A stretch of 62,418 nt of DNA from Eledone cirrhosa (taxonomy: Eukaryota): NCBI GenBank assembly GCA_964016885.1, contig CAXHJY010000198.1, forward strand, positions 1 to 62,418, in the 5' to 3' direction. Below, in pieces: positions 56,355-62,418 of the stretch (position 1 is the stretch's first letter; each line of letters starts with the position of its first letter). The notes below the pieces were generated by a model. It did not search any database and was not told the DNA's origin. It was given only the letters and a program-made list of their open reading frames with translations. A program made the translations under genes and the position numbers.

Positions 56355-57510
56355 GGGGGTGTCCAGCAACGGCATCTTTGGATGGACGGGTATATTGGTT
56401 CTCACCTGACTCTCACTATTGACTCTGAAAACTTTTTCAACCACACCCCGGAAACAGCTCCTGCTGGCAGGCTAAACGTAGTGAGAGACTTGATTCTTGC
56501 AAAGGAGATGGGCACCGCCAAGCATTCTAAGGCCCTCCGAAATGCCATGATGAACAACAGTCAAATAACATGCCAGGCCGGTCGAAGCCCGGAAACCACC
56601 GACCGCGCTCTCCACTACTATTTCCCAGGGGGAGGTGATCAATGTGTAACTGGGACGACGACAACAACAACAATGACATCAAACGAGACCCATCAAACAT
56701 TCTCGAGAAAATACTGTCTTTGGGATATGGAACATCTGTACTCTATTTGCTTGTGGAGGGACGAAATAACTTACACATGAACTTGCCAAATACACATGGG
56801 ATATCTTAGCGATGGTTGAAGTTAGATGGGCTAGGTTTGGTGAGGCAACTACAGATAAAGGCCACAAATGTTGGTACAACGGTGATAACTCCAAGCATGA
56901 ATAAAGAATGGGTTTGATCTTTAACACAATTAGAATGATCTTAGTCATGAGCTGTCTAACAGTATCCAGCATACTCACCAAGATACGTGTGACTGAAGAA
57001 CCACAGACCGTTGCCAACACTTAATTACGACTACAATGCTGTTGAAAACTTGTACTAGGACCGGGAGAAAATGATCAGGACGGCTCCTGAAAATAGGCTT
57101 CCTTATCGTATAAGGAGGTAAGAATGCTAAAGTAGGCCCAGGTACGTATGACCAATGGGCTGAAACAGTGGGAACGATTTAGAATTGCAGAAATAAATGA
57201 TCGTGGACTCTGACTCCTATTTTTTGCTAACACCCTCAAGCTGACCCTAAATAACACACTGTTTCCAAACAAGACCTCAAGGAGAATAACATGGCATGCA
57301 GCCAATAGCGGGGCTCACAACCAAATTAACTTCATCCTCGAACCTCAAAGGTTCAAGTCCATTATCAATAATGTCAGGACTAGAACCTTCTCTGGTGCAG
57401 ATGTGGAAAGTGATCACGATTTGAAAAAGATCCATGAAAAGGAAGTCATACGTATCAGGTTTGATGTAGACAAAGTAAGAGATCCTAGATTTGCAGTAAT
57501 ATTTAAGGCG
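56355..57510 (+). mobile_element. RTE-clade LINE 5' fragment (5'UTR + APE), degraded
   Basis: WNICTL..LTHELAKYTWDILAMVEVRW, HNQINFIL, RTFSGADVESDHDL. Confidence 0.8.
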
Positions 57511-57822
57511 AACGTTTTATTCGGCCGGTGATTTTAAAAATTGAGCTTGCTAAATGCTTCAGCACGATTGAACTCCAATGACTAAAATCACCGAGAGAAT
57601 AATTAATCTTCGAGGTAAATTATAGGACAACTACTGTACTTATGAATAAATTAATTAATTTCTCTAAAACTAATTTATGCATACCTCATAAACCAATGGT
57701 GGCATGAGACACCTAATTACTGATCCTCAAATTGATGTGTAATGTGATTAGACAAACTGTCATGTATCTACATCGCCAAATAAAGTAAGCTTTATCACTC
57801 TAGTTCTGTTTCCCCTTCTGTG

Positions 57823-57904
<82 letters not shown>

Positions 57905-57905
57905 C

Positions 57906-57966
<61 letters not shown>

Positions 57967-59199
57967 AGAAAGTGAGGTTTTTTACAAAGTGAAAAATAAC
58001 CGAGGTGTACTACACGAGTGAAAGTATAAAGAAAAAAAGATGAAATCGAAAATGCAACTGGAGTCTTATTTTAAAAAAAATATTTATATTTATTTGGTTC
58101 CTTTACCGGTTTCGCAGTTCTTCTGCTTTTCAAAAGTAGAGTTGAGATGGAGGGTCTGTGGTTTTTTTCACATCTGGTTGGTCTTTGAATGTTACTTGTT
58201 TTATATGGAAAAAAGTGGCTCGAAACGCCAGGTTTTTAGAGAAGTAATTTGATTGGTTGGTCAATAAGCATAATAAATTTCGCGCCAGTTCGCGTTACAA
58301 AGTTCTTCAAACAAGGGGGGGGGGGACTCAGGTTGTTTTTTCATATATGAGTGTTTGGATTTCTTTTTACTTAAAAAAGGGGCTCACGAAGGCTTTTTTA
58401 AAAATGTAATTTGATTGGTTATAAATGAAATTATGGTTGTCACATGAGCAAGTTCATTAAATTTCGCGCCCGTATTTGGGAATTTATTTTGTAGCCTTTT
58501 AGATAATGATCAAGAGAAATGGGATGGGAGAATTGTTTTGGTTCAGTGAATATAGCAGGTTCTTTTGTCATATATGAGCGAAGCTGATATACTTATTCAC
58601 GTGACTACATCAACCAACCAAACTTGTATATGAAAAAAACTCATATATGAAAAACTCATATATGAAAAAACAACCTGCTATATTTACTGAACCATGTATG
58701 TATATATGAGTGTGTGTGTGTGTGGCGATTGTCAAACTGAGGTATCAGCTTGACAATCGCCACCGACGAATGCGAGAAAGTTTTCCAGGAAAGTTAACCA
58801 GGAATCTTTAAAACTCTTTCCACCGAAATTAACAAAGAACTTACTAGATCTACCAACACATAATATTATATAAAATTAAATAAAATTGTTTAGAACTACA
58901 AGTGAAGTAATTCTTTTCCTTTTTTTAAATATACCTAACAAGGATTTCACATATTTTCCTATATATATTTTTCTTCCTAATAATCGTCTCTTTCTCCCTG
59001 TTTTCATATATATATATATATATATGTGAATTTATCCAATATCTCTGAAGAAGTGACAACTGATTATACATTTGCTATCGAATACTTGCTAACATTATAT
59101 GATTACGCAAGCAGTGATACATAGGTATTCCGTCTGTTACAGAAACATATGTCAAAACCTAATAAATTTATGAAAGCACTTTCATTTTATATTCATCTT

Positions 59200-59270
<71 letters not shown>

Positions 59271-59434
59271 TGTATGTATACATATATGTATGTATTTATG
59301 TATGCATACAAATTTGGAAGTAGAAATTGAAAACCCTCCCTCGAAACACAATTTATTTTACTACTAGCAATCTTGAAGTTTAAAGCAGTCTATTAGTTTA
59401 TTATTCATAGGTAAGCGCAAAAGCTTTTAAATAA

Positions 59435-59622
59435 TATATTTCCCATACATCAATGACTTACTTGTCACCGCGACGACTCCCATTTCCTATTCCTAAATAG
59501 AGGATATTATACCTACTTATCCTTCTGGTATATTTCCCATACATCAATGACTTACTTGTCACCGCGACGACTCCCATTTCCTATTCCTAAATAGAGGATA
59601 TTATACCTACTTATCCTTCTGG
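59435..59622 (+). repeat. Perfect 94-bp tandem duplication of a probable CR1/L2-like RT relic
   Basis: Two identical units; the translation contains YINDLL followed by a decayed YADD-like position. Confidence 0.75.
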
Positions 59623-59696
59623 ATAAAATCTATACTGGCTCCATAAATAGGGACATTAGAAAATTAGGCCAACTGTGCATGCCGATCTAGTCTTCA

Positions 59697-59975
59697 TTTG
59701 GATTGGCAGTATCGGTAGAGAGTCGGACGCCATGCTTTGCAGCACAGAATTACGGCCCTTTACATTCCCGCCGAAGATAACTTTGCCTTTCATCCTTACG
59801 GGGTCGATAAAATAAAGTACCAGTAATGCGCTGGGATAATTGCTGGCCATGTACCAAAAATAGAAACAATTATTAACACAGACATAATCACTACTACCCC
59901 TTACGGGGTTGATAAAATAAAGTACCAGTAACACACTGATATAATTGCTGCCCTTGTGCCAAAAGTAGAAACAAT
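59697..59975 (+). mobile_element. SINE family 1 copy plus duplicated 3' body
   Basis: 59697-59870 (B box deleted) and 59896-59975. Confidence 0.85.
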
Positions 59976-60715
59976 TATTGTCTCAGACATGAAAAGCATG
60001 TACCTCAAAATGTCAAGTTCAACACCTTCAGCACAGTCTTTGCCAACGAACGCGCATAGACTATATTTAAGATTGCATCCCAAATAGTCGCCTGCCTCTT
60101 CGGAATCATACGATATTTCAGCTTCCATTAACGTCTCGTTGATTACAGAATCACAATGAATATTGTTTCCACATCTAGGATGCTGCTGCTTCCTATATAG
60201 ACGGTACAGAAAGGCCATCTGATTAATTTGCATGAAACCCTTCACAAACACTCTGTAAACTCTTATTTAATGACATGCCTCCTCACTCTTTCTTCACTAC
60301 TGGTACTACCGGGGCATCTGCTCCAGGGATCTAGCTGGTCTTGACTCACTTACACCCCCATAACATTCGTCTCTCCTTCTTTCACCATCCATTTAATGTC
60401 AATTATTACAGGCTCACTACGACGAAACATCTCTACTGCTCAAAACGTCGGTCATCCAGAATTCCCTTCCGGTGCATGTTTACTGTGCAACAATCGACAT
60501 GCAAGTGCTCAAGTGGAAACATTAACTCCAATTAGATTGTCGGTCTCAGAGGTCAAAGTGCAGCTTTTTACTCAAACTAGTTTATGTGTGTGTGTATATA
60601 TATATACATTTTATTTTCCTCTTCATGTTCCATTTTCAATTTATTTTTATTTCTATTTTTCTCGCTAGCTCCCCTCTGACTCTTTCTCGGAGCCCCCCCC
60701 CCCACACACACTCTC

Positions 60716-60747
60716 TCCTGATGAAGGGCTGATGCCCAAAACGTCGA
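60716..60747 (+). ncRNA. Decayed minimal hammerhead (PLE type)
   Basis: TC-CTGATGA-A-GGGC-TGAT-GCCC-AAAA-CG-TC-GA; G12 is mutated. Confidence 0.5.
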
Positions 60748-60858
60748 TAACACACTACCCACTCTCACCAAGCGTGAAGCTAATAATGTTTGTAACATTT
60801 ACTCCTTGTCTGTTTTTGTTTTCTGTTATTCCAAACTATATATACACACACACACACA

Positions 60859-60950
<92 letters not shown>

Positions 60951-60954
<4 letters not shown>

Positions 60955-61515
60955 TAAAGTGAGTCTTTCATCAGTGATCTTCCAACCATCATTGGTATTT
61001 CATCGCTTTAAAGACCATATACCTCCGGTTGGTGCGAGCAACGGCTAAAAAAATTCTTTGGGACACGTAAATAAAGGGGACACGAGAGTGTAAACAAACA
61101 AAGATGGTGAAGCAACGAAAAGTGAGGAAGAAAGAGTAAAATCCCGAATTTCTATGAATATAAGTTCGGTGAAATCGTGAACGAGAGAGAATAAAGACCA
61201 TCAAGTCTGTGAATTCGGTGAACATAAGTTCTGTGAAATCGTAGACGAGAGAGAGAAAAAAGCGAACCAGCCTGACCAAGAGTGCGAAAGAAAAGAATTA
61301 CGCACAGGTCAAACGGGAAGGAGGAGGAGGAGAGGTAGTAACAGAGAGTGAGTGAGTGAAGGGTGAGGAAGAGGCTAACAGAGAGAGTGACTGTTAGAGA
61401 GGGTAAAGATACAGAGAAAGAGAAAGCAGTAAGAACGAAATAGACGGGTCATAGCGGGAGAAAAAATATGTGTAAATATGAGAATAAACGTGCTGCGTGG
61501 TTGCTAACGGGTTAC

Positions 61516-61584
<69 letters not shown>

Positions 61585-61590
61585 ATATAT

Positions 61591-61639
<49 letters not shown>

Positions 61640-61647
61640 ATATATAT

Positions 61648-61719
<72 letters not shown>

Positions 61720-62418
61720 GATTCGAATGTGAGCAAGGAAGGAATTCCGTACAGGTCTAACGGGAGGGAAGGAATTCCGTACAGGTCTAACGGGAGGAAG
61801 AAGGAATCTAGTCTGTTAATTCGGTGAACATAAGTTCTGTGAAATCGTAGACGAGAGAGAGAAAAAAAGCGAACCAGCCTGACCAAGAGTGCGAAAGAAA
61901 AGAATTACGCACAGGTCATACGGGAAGAAGAAGGAGGAGAGGTAGTAGCAGAGAGTAAGTGAGTGAAGGGTGAGGAAGAGGCTAACAGAGAGAGTGACTG
62001 TTAGAGAGGGTAAAGATACAGAGAAAGAGGAAGCAGTAAGAACGAAATAGACGGGTAACAGCGGTGGGAAAAAATATGTGTAAATATGAGAATAAATGTG
62101 CTGCGTGGTTGCTAATGGGTTACATATGAATAAAGTTAGTCCTTCATCAGTGATCTTCCAACCATCATTGGTATTTCATCGCTTTAAAGACCATATACCC
62201 CCGGTTGGTGCGAGCAATGGCTAAAAAAGTCGTTGGGACACGTAAATAAAGGGGACACGAGAGTGTAAACAAACAACGATGGTGAAGCAACGAAAAGTGA
62301 GCAGGAAAAAGTCAAGTCCCAAATTTCTATGAATATAAGTTCGGTAAAATCGTGAACGAGAGAGAATAAAGACCATCAAACCTGGTTCGAATGTGAGCAA
62401 GGAAGGAATTCCGTACCA
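60951..62418 (-). repeat. Inverted relative of the ~620-bp tandem repeat, interrupted by (TA)n at 61517-61717
   Basis: Reverse complement matches the 49457-50748 unit motifs (CTCGCACCAACC, CACTGATGA, CGACTTCACAGAACTTATG). Confidence 0.88.

Noticed and set aside
58763-59130. Two further hammerhead-like strings (CCGACGA..GAAA; CTGAAGA..GATA)
   Set aside because: Core mutations plus unpaired helix I; could be chance.
59980-60540. 116-aa ORF with ELDILRYMLF resembling a DNA-transposon protein relic
   Set aside because: Similarity too weak, and the ORF runs into a SINE.

Overview
Eukaryotic, repeat-saturated window with no host gene I can support. The long (TA)n/(CA)n/(GATA)n tracts and the SINE and Penelope content suggest a cephalopod (octopus-like) genome; this is inference. 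Main contents: (1) Tx1/L1-clade non-LTR retrotransposons on the minus strand. These comprise a degraded copy abutting (AAT)n at 1-5377, a stack of 3' fragments inside (GATA)n at 16.2-17.9 kb, and two near-identical ~5.7-kb head-to-tail copies separated by (GATA)n at 33.2-44.7 kb, which carry reciprocal ORF1/ORF2 defects. (2) Many Penelope-like element (PLE) remnants, often as fold-back palindromes in (TA)n tracts, carrying about 17 hammerhead-ribozyme-like motifs of several designs. (3) A CRE-like RT/restriction-like-endonuclease fragment fused to a SINE head. (4) A 753-bp fold-back element with IR/DR architecture. (5) RTE fragments, Helitron-like non-autonomous elements, tRNA-derived SINEs and a ~620-bp tandem repeat with a permuted hammerhead-like motif. 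Most short ORFs in the track are microsatellite translations or antisense shadows. All alignments and folds were done by eye; coordinates may be off by a few bases.
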